A stretch of 64,000 nucleotides of DNA from Phoronis australis (lineage: Eukaryota; Animalia; Phoronida). Positions 23,641 to 37,400 of the stretch are shown piece after piece. The notes below the pieces were generated by a model, which made no database searches, was not told where the DNA came from, and saw only the letters and a program-made list of their open reading frames with translations. The translations under genes were made by a program, and so were the position numbers. The stretch covers positions 186,001 through 250,000 of the forward strand of contig NMRA01000233.1 in the NCBI GenBank assembly GCA_002633005.1. Reading direction: 5' to 3'. The number at the start of each line of letters is the position of its first letter. Within the stretch, counting starts at the first letter, position 1.

Positions 23641-26600
23641 TACATTATACATGTACTTATACTTATCCCATATACATGTATGTGAAAATACGGATGTTGT
23701 GTACATATAGGTTATCCCAAATATATAGGAATACTACTGGGAATGTCCCAAGTCGACCGAACAATTCATTCCATTTATATGGACTTATTTGCTTCATCTT
23801 GGCAATACCTTGTTGCCGTGTGCTCGGCTTGTTGTTATATGATGTCATATGCATGCCAAGTACGGTGAAAGTTTTGAATAACTAGTGAAGTTTTATTTCA
23901 TAATAAATTGGTCAGTATTTTCAGTTTGTAAAATATACAAGTTAAGGCACTGAACCATTCAATAATATTAAAAGTTTGTCGGAAACTTAGAAACAATCCA
24001 TCCGGGAATATAAAAATTGAAGCATTCCCTGAACCGAGTTGTGCAACAGTGGGTCGTTTTAGCTTTGACGAATTAGTTTTCTTAGCTTCTGGACTGTAAA
24101 CAATAATAGAAACATTTACCCGTGTTGATCACAGCATTTGAACATAACGGTGGAAACTATGCTAATTTGCAGAACTTGAGGTAAAGACTGTATCGCAAAA
24201 TGCAGATTTTACGCTACGGCCGGCAGCAACCGAGAGTACGTTGAACGCTGCGAGCACTGTCTCAGTAAAAAACATACTCGTTATTAGGTCTTAATTTCCT
24301 GTAAAGACCTTAGCTTTCAGTGTAGATATACTGTATACATCAATAACGAAACGCTTTCGTTGGATTTGAGTTAGATTTTTGGCTAATTTTGCTGGCCGGG
24401 TACGCTACTTAGCTTGACCTATTGACAATGAAGCAAATTGAACCTTCAGCGAAGTCCAAAAATAGCTGCCTGATCACAGCACGTCGGAATTTCCGTCGGT
24501 TATTTTCTGTTCTTAGAGCAGTAAAACTTCTTTTTCAGGAACGACGCCTTGGATTGATGATTTGGGTAACCCAAATGAACGAGCTCAATCAAATATGGCG
24601 TTGCACATGCGAATTTTCTCGACAAGGAGACTGCTCACCAACTGTGAAATACGGCTTCTCTATGTACGCGCATGTTCATCGCAGTCTCAGCAAAAGCTAG
24701 CAAATCTACAGCGAGTCAATGTTTTTGAGATTATCGAAAAATTAAAATATTCGACACTCGCCCGCGTGTGAGACAAGATATCCCAATGTGATAATCATAT
24801 TACTTATTAGTTTAAATTCGACCTTTACCATTGATAAACAACGATGGCCTTTCATCAAGCGGAAGACGTCACTGAATCACTCGCATTTCAAAATTACAAC
24901 GGTGTATTTGCGTTTTTCAAAGTCATCGCGTTTTTAACATATAAAACGCGAAGTTCAGCACACCTGTGGATATTCAAGCTGTTTCAGCTATTTTGTGATG
25001 CACCACCAGAAATAAAAAGTGAAATATTTAAAAAAAAATTAAGTGGGCACATTCCCCTTCCTTCCCCCCGGTCTCAAAATCTCCTTGGCGTGGTGGCAAG
25101 CGGTATCCACCATAAAAACTATGTGCCAGAGAAGAACCACCTGAGAAGGGAGTGGCCTGTGAACGGCATGAGGTCAACTAATTTTGACTAAGAGTTAGTC
25201 AACTCTGAAATTGAGGGTTGTTCGACACTTTTGTTGCTTGCCGTTATAGAAATATTAGTTTAATGCTGTTGATAGCGTTACAGCAGCCCTGTGGAGATAC
25301 GTGCGCGTCGGTTTGAGACGATGGCGTATCCAGCAACTACCTCAGTGACATCTATTGTAGGCTACATACAAGAAAATGACCAGTTTATAGGGTTGGACGT
25401 CATTGTTTGTCATGGTATGGAAAGGTTTGAGGCATCTGGTATGGAAAGGCTTGAGGCATTTTTGTGTGTTTAATTGTCCTCGTTCATAAGTGCGTTTCAC
25501 GTGGACAGTAGGATGGAAATGTTTCCTTAAATTCTGCATTGACTTGTAGTTGGGAAGAAAGCGCGGGCGAAGAACTGACGTTTCGTTATGATTGCTTCAG
25601 AATAAGATCCTAGATTTCGCTTGCCTCGGCGGGTTATTTTCAGCTGCCGAAGCAATATGCGGTAATCACGGGGATTCCAGACGTTCGACTTGACGTCATT
25701 TCAAGCAAAGGATAGGAACACGATGACGTTGCTATGGAGGACGAAAAAGTATTTGCGAAGAAAGACGTTTTCACACCTGGGCCCAGCGTCTGATCGAACT
25801 CTAACTCGAATCAGACTCAGATCCGAAACTCCACCAATCAGGTCGCACGGTTGAAGTAAAAACCGAAGCTTACTATGCAACTGATCAATTTTCTAATCGA
25901 CTTCGAAGGCAGAGGTTAGGCCTCGATTCAGAAAATGTTTTAATTTGAAACTTGGGTTTGAAATCGACCTTAAATACAAGGTAATCAAACTTTAGTTTTT
26001 CCGTAAGTGTCCGAAAATAAGGACCGTAATTCTTTACCAACCATGTTGCGACATTTACATATTATGTGATATCTCTCCCAACTACTCACCATCAACAGGT
26101 AACTTAGAACTTTCAAACGCTGGACATAGTCATGAATTTTTGCAATAGATGTCGCTACTTATTGATACTGACTTATTGATGTGCATCAGTAAGCGAAGCA
26201 AACGATCATTAAAATTTGTTCTTAGAGCCAGTTTCACCATCAAAGGTATAAATTTTAATGTTTTTTTCTCATGCATGGCTATCTGTATATGAATCTCTAC
26301 GACTTTTGTATATTTCTTCATCAATTTCTTTCTGGGACTAGCTCATGTGCTCAAATACCGACGTGAATTCATTAAAAACTTTACTAATTTTACTTACTAA
26401 CTTCCTTGTTTTATTCATTTATTTGTTTAAGAGACCTGGAACCATCAAGAAAATTTCAATTCAGGCTTTTAAAAAGCTTTATAACAAATATCAACAATCC
26501 TTGAAATTCAAAAATAAACTATCAAATAAAGCATTGACGACCAATCATAATTTACCTTACCAGTAGTCATTTTTGCTTACCTAACACGATTACATGATAT

Positions 26601-26799
26601 ATATTTTACTTACGGAGCAAGCAATTTCAGCATCGTGTGACAACCATTTTTAGTCTTAGTCAACAAGGTGTCCAGAAAATTTAATTTGCTTGAAAGTGCT
26701 TATAACCAGTAATGATTAAATATGGTAGGTCAAAAAGCTTGGAAAATATTGGCCAATGTTGAATAATATTTATCACTAAGCTTGAGTAATATTGAACAG

Positions 26800-26951
26800 C
26801 AGTGCTGTAGTGGTAAAACTAGAGGTAAGTAGGCGCCCAGAGCCCACCGCATCACCTTGAGCACTGAACGTAACTTACGGTGCGTAGGCGCTACATTCAA
26901 ATGCCAAAAGGTGGCTGAGCCTGCGTGCGCCTACGCGCCTTCGCCCCACTG
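26800..26951 (+). mobile_element. hAT MITE, family C copy 2
   Basis: Highly similar to 19649-19804; TSD ttgaacag/ttggacag (7/8); right TIR shortened. Confidence 0.88.
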
Positions 26952-28475
26952 TTGGACAGCTGGGATAATATTGGTTACCTTGAACATGGAGAAATACTTT
27001 CCAAGTTGCAAAAGTTAATCTAGTTTGTCGACTTTAGTGCCATAAATGCCGGATTATCTTAGAGCGACACAAAAACAACTTTTGATTTAAACCATTTACC
27101 GTTATATAAATGATCTTAAATTGTGTCTTCATCGAACTGAAGGTGATTTCAAGACTTCGAGAGCACTAAAAAGTCATTAATCGATTGAGACCTGATTCTA
27201 CAAATTGACTTGTTACGGCATGCTATTTTGTGCACTGTGAATGGTCTAGAGGAATACAAACCCTGTATGACTTAGTATAGGTTATGTATTCGTAACAGAA
27301 CTCGACGCTATATTGATGTCATGGAAAATCGATAGATGGCGAAAGTTGGTGTCGGGTGACGTCGTTTGTTGCCGGAATACTTTTTAAAGGGTATCATAAG
27401 AATTTCCTACATAAATTCCGTGCATGATGAGTCGATCAAAAAGCACTCGATAGTGCCAGATTTGATTGTGTTTCTAGCAAATGGAACGGCCGGGTGGCTA
27501 TCCATCTCAGAAATGTAGATTTGCATTTTTGAGAAAGGAGGTTCTACTTTTTAGTTTAAAAAAAACTGATGTATTTTTGTATTCCTGGATGCACTTCCAT
27601 AATGGTGTCACACGTCACACATATGCTCCATGTGCATGTCTGAAATTATATGTTCCGTGTTTGTGTGAAGAATCTGCATCGCACAGACAAATACCTCTGA
27701 ACCCTCACTGAAGAAACCAACTGGAAGAACTCGTATGGAACACCTGTCGCGTTTAAAGCCCTCACGAGGACTCCGTGGGAATATTACGAAAGCGATGAAT
27801 GAACATTAATGTCGAGTTTAATTTCACGTCTGAACAGAAAGCCTATGCTCTTAATGAGCCGTAAATAACCATGTGTAAAGGTACAACATTTTTCCCGTGC
27901 GACTAGTTATATTATCAAGTCCCGATGTTTTAACGTGCAGGTTTTTATGCTCTTCTGGCACAACCGTATAGCACGAGAGGTGATGCTGACTTGCTATTCC
28001 ACTGCGTGAACGAATATAGGATGCGTAGGAGACTGGTAGTGCTAAGGTTCTTAAGTAAAAAACTATTTCAATATGGCTGCCTCCATATGTATTGATGTCG
28101 GTTAATGCTGTATAAATTTATACGTTTCTAAACAGCAAATTCATCTTGCAAGTAACATCAATGTTTGCGTGAAGAATACATTTCTTCATGAGATAGTTTG
28201 GAAGATGAACATAACGTGTGCTACCAGACTTCCTTGTGCCACGTCATAAAAGTTACATATAACGCAAACATCAACTCGGTGAATATTTTAAATACGCATT
28301 TCGTCCTGTTGAATAAAAATGCAAAAATCGGATTAAGGCCTTTTACTGTCATGAAATCAGTCTTATAATATACTTTACTGTGATACGATTCTATTTCTGT
28401 CACCTACTAGAACATCGAAACCCTCAGTGACTCAAGAAAACGCTTCAGAATCTCCGCTTTCTTTGTTCCTTTGCT

Positions 28476-28565
28476 CAAGGTCGTGGGTTCGAGTGCCACT
28501 GGGGCACGTACACTGTTAGACCCTCGAGTCAGGTGGGCTTTAACTATATATTAATAAAGCATAAA
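28476..28565 (+). mobile_element. Possible 5'-truncated tRNA-derived SINE remnant
   Basis: B-box-like aaggtcgtgGGTTCGAGTGCC followed by an A-rich tail; no A box visible. Confidence 0.35.
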
Positions 28566-30461
28566 ATGGCATCACGTGATCAGTGCAGTAGGCCCACCTG
28601 AGCGGCCTGCACACGTCTTGTGCAACGTGTACCATACGGCATGCAATTATTTTTTATTTGTTTTTTACATTCCACCAGCCTCTGAGTCACCCTGTGTCAC
28701 CTTGGGTCACCATCGAAGGATCGGTGTTCGACTCCGCCGTCAAGTTCGTAGCTGCGAAAACAAGTTTGAAATTTGCCATACACAGAATAACACAACTTCA
28801 CATGGTCATCAAAAACCACAGACTGAGAAGGAATGATTGTCCGCGGTGCCGTTGTAAGGGCTCTTTTCGTTTACAAATCTCCTCCTGACTGCTTACTGTT
28901 GTAGTTTTTGTATATGCCTGGAAATATTCCATTTTCGACCGAGAAGCCGTCTTGTTGCCAGAACATTTGCCAATTTTTTTTACAATGAGCTACGGCTTTT
29001 CTAGTGACGTTTAGAATTAGTGATACCTAGGTTGAGTTCCACAGACGAAAGAGTGGCGAAAGAAGCTCGTGTGATCAATCACATGCTATGAAATACATAG
29101 GAAAATCTGGCATGATCTTGTGTTTTGCGAGGTTCTCACGTTTACGGAACACATGCCTGAGAACCGCAAATCCAGGGCGCTCACTGTATTACAGGAGTGA
29201 TCACTTCGCCGGTCAACAATAGATTGTGGGCGAAGCCCGATGTTGCCTCTTTCTCTATTGTTCGCTGCTTCCTGTGAGTCAAGTTTTCTTTCTACCAGAG
29301 CATCATACGTTTGTATTCTGTAGCAGAACTTTACGTTTGCCAATAAACTTGGATTCTAACCATGTTTCTAACATACACTGGCAGAAACACCGTGACAAGC
29401 GAATATTCAACAACGCCATTTATCTGGCTTTTAGGCCCGCTCTCGAAACGAAAAAGCCACTGACATATCTGACTACGAATAGCCAAAAGTTAATTTTTCT
29501 CTGTTGGCTTGCTCACGAGCAGACTACAGATTCCTGTCTTTTGGGTTCGAGTTGTAGACAAATTTTTTTACTCATAGCTTTCGCCGGATTTCATGAGACG
29601 AAACAGACTAAGTTAACCGAGACTGAATTTCAACCATAAGTCAAGACTTCGAGAAACAACCCCTTCATCACGGAGTAGGAATTTTTAGTCTGATGTTGAT
29701 TAGTTTTACGAGTCCACCTAAAAGTCGAATATGAAATGTCTCTCAGAGCGAAACCAGGTGGAATTATTTGTTTTTCTGACTGATACTTTTCCTTACCGTA
29801 ATTCTCACCGTATTTCTCTTTAAAGTCGAACTTGCACGGTAATTCCTCGTCTCTGTGATTGCTTGGTCAAATCAGTTAGAAACACAACATACAGTGACTA
29901 TGTGAATATGAAATAGGTTGAAAATTGCCAAATGTTGTTAACAACAAGTTTTGTGTCGAAAATGATCCTCCGTAAATCACTCAACCGTATCCAGTAGGTA
30001 TCGTCACGTGGTGTTGGGGAATAACATTGGATGACGTGAGCCCCCAAAGTACGTCATTAGTGCAAAGGTCACTTATTTGCAGATTTTTTTGTTTTCACAT
30101 TTACAAGTTGTCAATGAATACAATTGCATTTTTTTTAGCATAGGTAATGTTCAAATAGCCTTGCCGTTTAGTTCCTGCTATACATTAGGATTTCTATTCA
30201 CTAGTAAACAGCACATATGTTATAGGGCAAGTGCAAATATGCTAACTGACGCGTTGAATGTCTGAATAGTTTTGCTTTTTTGGTAATGATCATTTTTGGC
30301 GCATGCCTCTTATGCACATCATGTCGAGATGTCACGCAGAAATTCGGTGAATTTCTTCGACCGCGGACGAATGCGCGGACAGAATAAACCCACTTGAAAA
30401 TGATAACATTTGACCTAATTAAAACCAGGTCAAGGTCATTACAAAACGTAGTGATAAATAA

Positions 30462-30467
30462 TTTATT
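30462..30467 (-). promoter_or_regulatory. Candidate polyadenylation signal AATAAA for the CAP gene
   Basis: tttatt on the + strand, about 870 nt past the stop codon; no transcript evidence. Confidence 0.4.
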
Positions 30468-31335
30468 GACGAATCCATACAGTCACACAAACAAAATTTA
30501 CAGACACATGAAATTTACGACTACCTTGAGTGAAGCAATCGCGTGATAAACATTTGTTTGAAACCACGTGCTGTTGCACAAAGCTTGGATAACTTATACA
30601 AACAAAACGATGCCGACAGATGTCACTATACTCGCATAGCAAAACAAAAGAGAAAAAAGCCGCGAAGTCCCATGTTTCTGCATTTCACAGGTTTTCAATA
30701 TGCCTTTGAATAGAGACCATGGCAGTTTACAGTGTTAAGCAACAGCTTGATTGTCAATTGTAATGGGACATTCTCAAAAATGATTTTGGATGAAGCACTA
30801 AGCCAGAATCATCCAAGCTGTACACAGGAAGTAAATGTTCTATCTTAAAATACAGCCTATACGTCTATCTAATTCTAACGTACAAAGTATGTAATATAAT
30901 AACTACACATTCAACAAAAATGTACACAGGAGGATTCATGCTTTACGGATATTTACAACATAAACAAGTAATAAGTACATTTAATTTTAAATAAAGCTGT
31001 TATAACGTTCAAATGAGGTATTAGATAAATATCGACATTGAATCGCATTCTCTGTTACAGCTAAGACGCAGTTACAACAATGTGCCAGACTCTTAGCTGG
31101 ATTCAGCAGCCAGATGATAAAATTCAAGCTTTTAATTATTCTCGTTGTTTTTCTTTTGGGCAATCTCGTTTGAATTCAGAGGTAAATTGATCCATTTTGA
31201 TGTAAAACGACACATAATAAATAGACAACACATATATGTAACGTTGATTTCGCGCGTGAGACTAATTTCTGTACACAGCAATCCCACCACTAGAGACTTT
31301 GAGTCGGGACGTGACATCACGAAGACACGTGACCT

Positions 31336-31478
31336 TTACACGTGGTTTCCCCATTTTCCTTTGCATGAGAGTCCGTAGTCGGATGCATTACAGAGACATG
31401 TCCACGTGTATTTCCCGTCGTAATACGCGTGGTTGGCTCCGCCTGGTATAAACTTATTAATTTCTTCAATTAGGCAAC
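31336..31478 (-). CDS. Terminal coding exon (G)CLIEEINKFIPGGANHAYYDGKYTWTCLCNASDYGLSCKGKWGNHV*
   Basis: attttccag acceptor; open frame to TAA; Cys-containing. Confidence 0.85.
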
Positions 31479-34400
31479 CTGGAAAATATGTCATTCTAAG
31501 TTTTAAGAGTATTAAGTTTCTAATTTCATCGACAGTAGTCATCTAAAGATTTTCAAACCTTTTAGAGTGTTGTAAGACAACTATGTCATTATGCCCCAGC
31601 CCTTTAATGGTGCTCGTCAAAGGTTGTACATTGGTTAAGTGCAACATTGAAACGTTGGCGATTTTGCGAACAGCAAACTTAAGTCAACAAAGTTTAAAAC
31701 ATACATCGTGAATATCTATCTCACGGAGTCTCAAAAACCCAGTAATTAGCATATTTATATATTAAAGAAGCGCTAATATGCTAACAGCCTATTCTGGCCA
31801 ATCACGTGTGAGCACCATAAATTACGTCATTGGAATGACCATTGTCACGGCAAGAAGGCAGATTTGCTTGATAAGTTCGGGGTGGGGGACGATAAGAAGA
31901 CGGATCAGACAACAGGCCTTTTACTTGTGCATTTTCAGACGGACCCGACGTTTACTTTCTGATCGGGCTGCATTTGAGATGTTGTATTATCAAGTTTCAT
32001 CATAACTAAACATTGCACAATTTTAGTATCTAAATGATTACAATCAGGTTAATGTGATTGATTTGGGTGTAAATTATTGGGAAAGGACAAAACTCAACGT
32101 TTAATCCAGGTTATTCAAACAGCTACGGATAATATTACAGGTAAAATGGTTAAACGAGTTTGGGAGTTATACAGGGGTACCAATGACTAAAGTAAACATA
32201 ACTCCTTACAACGATGTCTTCGTGCACAACACCTATTGGATGTAGGTTCGATATCGGGAGCAAGAGGGTCATATTGTTACATCAAGTAGTTAACGTTTCG
32301 ACAACAAAAAATTAGTCACAACATGAATAACACAAAATCTACCAGGTCAGTGCTTAGTTAAATACCCACAAATCCTCGGTCACGTGACGTAATTGAGGAA
32401 TGGCAAGATATGACAAAAATTAAGCACAACTTCTTCTATAAGGACTAAATATTGAGCATATGCTTTGGCAACATCACGACTAAAATTTCTTGGTCTTTCT
32501 ACACCAGCCTGTAGCCTATTTACATTGGCAAGACGTTTCGGTCGGTCATTTCTCTTGTCATCTTTAGGTGTTACAGTGTTCTTAGGAGAACCAATACACT
32601 GGGTTATCGGGTACACTCATAGTGACCAACCGAAACGTCGTGCCAATGTAAACAGGCTAGAGTTTGGTGCACGTCAATAGACCACTGGAGAGATTGATGT
32701 CATTACGTCAGCACCACCTCAATGCAATTTTTGGAAGTGGCCGTGTTAATTTTTAGCCTTTGTACCGATAAGTCACTTTTGCAGTAATTTGATGTGAACA
32801 AGAATGTTCAGACTGTTTTATGACATTCTATGTCATCATTTTTACGACGTGTATGTAGTGTTTCCACGATACACGTTTAATATCTTTCCAGCGAGCATTT
32901 GAATGCCAGCACGGAGGGTACGTTACTCTGATGCTCCTTTGAAGTACGTATAACCAGAGCTTATGACAATTAATTGTCTTTTATTTGTAATTATATTGCC
33001 ATTTCCGGCTTGCCTTGCGCAACCAGGCAGCAAAAAGTTGACTCGTTAGAGAATCCGAGTCTACCCCATTAGTTTGTGACCGAGTGCATAGGTGTCGTTA
33101 GTATCTAGTACAAACCTTGGGTTACAGAGGGTGAGAGGTAGGGACAGCAGGGGCCTTACGCACCTCGCTCGTTCACCACACCGTTACGCGTGCACGTGAA
33201 TTTGCCAAACTCAGTAACCCAAAATTCTCCGAGTTTGTGTTCTTTGTAGTTATAGTCCTGACACTTTGTAGCTGAAAATAAGAAGCGTTTGTCAAAAAGA
33301 TCTACAATAAAACCTACCACGACAGTTACACCATGTGGGGCGCGGCGTTGCACGTTTGAATCACCAAGAGTAATACGAGAACGTCATCCGTAAAGACAAT
33401 AACATGTTGACAAAACAGATACAAAGTAAGTTCTGAAACAAGCTAAAAACCCCGGGTGACGTTAGAAGCTGAAACTGAGTGGGAAGCATAAGATCAACAA
33501 TCACGAAAAACTGAAAGAATTTGGCACGAGAGAGTACGAGAAGTCGTTAACAACAGCTGCTGATATCCAACGACAAACCAAACGATAATGCAAACAAAAA
33601 CAAGAAAAGATGGGATGACACTCGAAAGTCACCTTTGCAAATACACGAATCAGTGAGTGAAATCTCGTAGTGTGGTGGGATGATAAGTGACTGCAGTTTC
33701 GCTGAACATACGTCAACATTTTGTCACCAATTATGAATCGTGCGCAACAAGGTAAAATCACGCTTTGTAATGGACGTATACTCATCACAAGATAGCATTA
33801 CTCAAATGCTCTGAAAAAGTCCCCACACCGTGAATTAGGGGTAACGCCGCAAAAAAAATATAGATAGTTTTTTTTCAGTTTTTCCCATCAAACACCTCCA
33901 GGATATAATTCCCCTACACGTGTCATATTTTCAGCAGAGAAAAGTGATTGCTCGAATCATTGACATCTTTGTAAATCATTGAGAGAGCACGGGGTTTAAC
34001 TATTAATTGCAAAGACTTGTCACGGAACATTCAACTGAATGAATACGGCAGAAGTCATAGAGGTACGATTGACGAGATCGATCGTCAGCTTGACGAATAG
34101 ATACTTCTAAAATACTCGTCTTTCATAGGCAAGATGTCGTTTGTGCTTCCTATATCAGTATTTGCACTTGAAGTTAACAACTTGCAAGAGAGCACACGGA
34201 GATAAATATTCATTTCAATTGCTACTGTAACCTTTTTTTTGAGCTATGGTAGGTTTACCACGACTTTTTCACTTGCACGTAGTTGCTTTTGTATTCGTAC
34301 ACGATCACGTGATTTCTGTTGATGTCAAACGTGTTTCGAATGTGTAGGCGGTCAAGTCAACACAATGACATTAATAAACAATTCAAATTAACCTTTTTGT

Positions 34401-37400
34401 TCATGGAATTGAAACACGCACCGGGCCAATTAGAACTCACCAATTGAGATCTCAACTCAGTGGTCATAGTTAACAAGTGAGGAATTTATAGAGCAAATGC
34501 CGTCGGCCGTCACGCTTGGCATACACCACGTGGCCAGCAAGACGGAGCGCATGTTTCAGTCGGAGATTCGCGTGTTTTTCAACAGCATATGATAAAAGCG
34601 AGAAAAGCAATTTTCTGAAATCAGTCCCGGTGCAGAATCAAACCTGCAACTCCCGCGCATGCGCTATAACGCTCTGCGGGCGGTGCTAAATCCTACTCGA
34701 TATGGACAAAGTAGGCTTATTTATCTGGTAAAGTCATATGACTTGATTTCAGCGGTTGCCTGGCAGAAAACTGTAATAAAATCACACACGGACTTTGTTG
34801 TTTCATAACCCTGGGCAAAGGTAATAACTTCAAGAAGTCTATCCCATCCAACAGTAATCCTAAAATATGTTATTGGACCGTAAAAAGCAATCATGTCTCT
34901 TTAAAGGGGAAGTAAACCCGCGGGCCCTGTGATTTTTTTGATTCAAATTAGAAATGAATTTTTGGGCTTGAGAAAAACTGATAAATCTTTATTGTTTCAG
35001 ATCATGTCCCTTTAAGTTGCCTGTCACGCCGGGTTAGCATCAGTCGCCGGCAAAGGAATTTCCGTAAATTTATTGAATGCTTAATTCAAACAAGGGATAA
35101 GAATGTAACGACATTTATCTGGAAGGACAGAAACGTTTGTGCAAAAGGTTGAGGTGTTTAACATCAGAAAATGGTTTGCAGCGGATAAAATTCAAACAAA
35201 TGTATGTTACAGATCGAAACGAATCGTGATCTTCGACCAGGGTAAAAAAAAAAACTCCCTTAGGCTGCGTGTTCTTGCATTCCCAAGCAATAATCGCGGA
35301 AAATTTTATTCGGAGTCCAAGACAAGTACGAAACTTTGGCGAACAAATGCCAATAATATCAACATCTTGGTAGAAAAGTCTATTTTCAACGTTACAAACA
35401 ATTCAAAACCAATATAAAAAAAAAAACAAAAAAAAAACAAGTATTCAGCATCTTTACAAACGAAGTACTTGTCTCCCCAAGGCCGAGCACTACTCTTTAC
35501 ACTACCCTACGAAATTGACAAACAACAGTGACAAGGTGTTGGTACATTTGACCCTTCGGCTTTGCATCATAACTCATATCAACTTACTTGAATCAAAATT
35601 TGTTTCGCTTTGGATTTGACAGGACTAAACTGAAGATAGTTTGTAGTCAAAAGGTTAAGACTGAATATAGTTGAACACGCTATTTATCAATGTCGAGAGG
35701 TTAGTGCGTTTGCTTAGTCGATACGAAATGGCGGCTTCAATGAGCTTTCCACTCGTTACAAGCTCAACGATGGCGAGGGCGAAAATCAATCGTTCTTTTG
35801 CCAAGGACACTTCAGACTAATACGAATTTGCTTCTTAATTTATTATGTCAAGTGTTTTGTACATAACACCGGCAATCCTGGTCAACTTGTGCATTATACA
35901 CTATCTTTTAGAAAAAGAAATGGAGCTATCTGATCAAGTCTTACCTGCGCATTTGCCGCACATCGCGGGACATCGTCTCCAAATTCCGAACTTGCAATAA
36001 TGTTTCGGCCAGTACTTCTCGCTGGTCTGTCCGCATTTTGCCAAATCGACGAACTTACAGTCTTCTAAACCTGGATTGGGATAACAAAACTGACCATATC
36101 GGCATAAGTTCACTCCAAACTATCAGTAAAGGTGGATTGAGTGTTTTTAGATGATTTAATATGTTGGAACATCCCGTTTCACACAATAGCCACCGAGTGT
36201 TGAATGTTTTAATTCAATTTCAGGACGAAAAATCAAGCCTTGAAATAAGACAAGCCAACATTTCTTGTTTTCTATGGTTATATTGTTGTCGAATTAAGTT
36301 CAGTATTAGGTTTATTTTTAGGTTGATAAACCGTTTCATTACTATTTCATCTAACTTTGAATTTGGTTGAAGCAGCGCTCAATATAAGTGAAAGTTACAC
36401 CATGATAACCAAAGGATTGAGAATGATTTACTTACACACGCACTCACAAGGTAGCGCTTTCTTACGAAAATGTCGAAACTCAAATCAAAAGACTGTCATG
36501 CCCGTACAGAGAGGAGCTCCTTAGTTTGTAAAGAATAAAAATCAACTGTACACATGCCATTTGGCTATACTGTTGTCTCATGAAAAGGGTAAATGTCTGT
36601 TTTTGTTTTCTCCGCGCTGCTCAGAGGCTCACTGAAGCACAAAACGCGGCCGCGTTACAACGTTTAAACAACGCAACTCTCATCAGAAGATAATTTCCAG
36701 ACAGGAAGTAAACATGTGATTAACAGAGTTAAGTGTGATGCAACACGCATCCCTGGGGAAGAGTAAATAGTTCAGCAGCGAAAGAGATACTCTGAAAAGA
36801 TCAACCTAGGCCTTCAGAGTTAGATAACCGAAAGTTGCGCTTGGTGGCTAATGATAAGTCAACATAAGGGTACTGAGTGCAAGTCGAGAAACCGCAACGC
36901 ATGTCGACACACCTGGGCCCGGTCTCCAATCTCCGTACTCAGACTCGAATCATGCTCAAACTCACACTTCATACTCAACTCGAGTACAGACTCAGCTTTG
37001 GTGTATTCAATGTCATACTTGAAAAATCTGTACTCGAAATTTCGAGCACGTACTCAGTTTTCGAGTGTACTCGAACTGAAGTGTATCTCATCTATATTTC
37101 GAGTACGATTTTGAGTAAAAATTTGGAGTCTATGCTCAAATTTCAAGTTTGGTNNNNNNNNNNNNNNNNNNNNNNNNNNNNNNNNNNNNNNNNNNNNNNN
37201 NNNNNNNNNNNNNNNNNNNNNNNNNNNNNNNNNNNTCAGCGCGGCTTTGCGTGATTTTGCATTTCACATCTTAAAGAGTTCCATAGCAACTCGAGTATGA
37301 GTGTCAGATTTGAGTACGTTTGGAGTCTACTTGAAATACGACATTAGATACGCTTTTTTGAGTACGACTCCAGTGAGCACGATTTTGAGTATGAAATCTC

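Noticed and set aside
1-30400. A second intact protein-coding gene
   Set aside because: I found no chain of phase-consistent exons with recognisable motifs. Small isolated exons cannot be excluded by eye.
33154-33163. Alternative donor GC|gtaagg 4 nt downstream
   Set aside because: It would shift the terminal exon out of frame, whereas G|gtgcgt preserves the Cys-rich frame.
34901-35015. Kolobok-like TTAA-flanked element
   Set aside because: Only ttaaaggg/ccctttaa matches, which is too short to support a call.
37154-37235. N-run extending ORF 36877..37254
   Set aside because: Assembly gap inside a foldback MITE; the ORF is an artefact.
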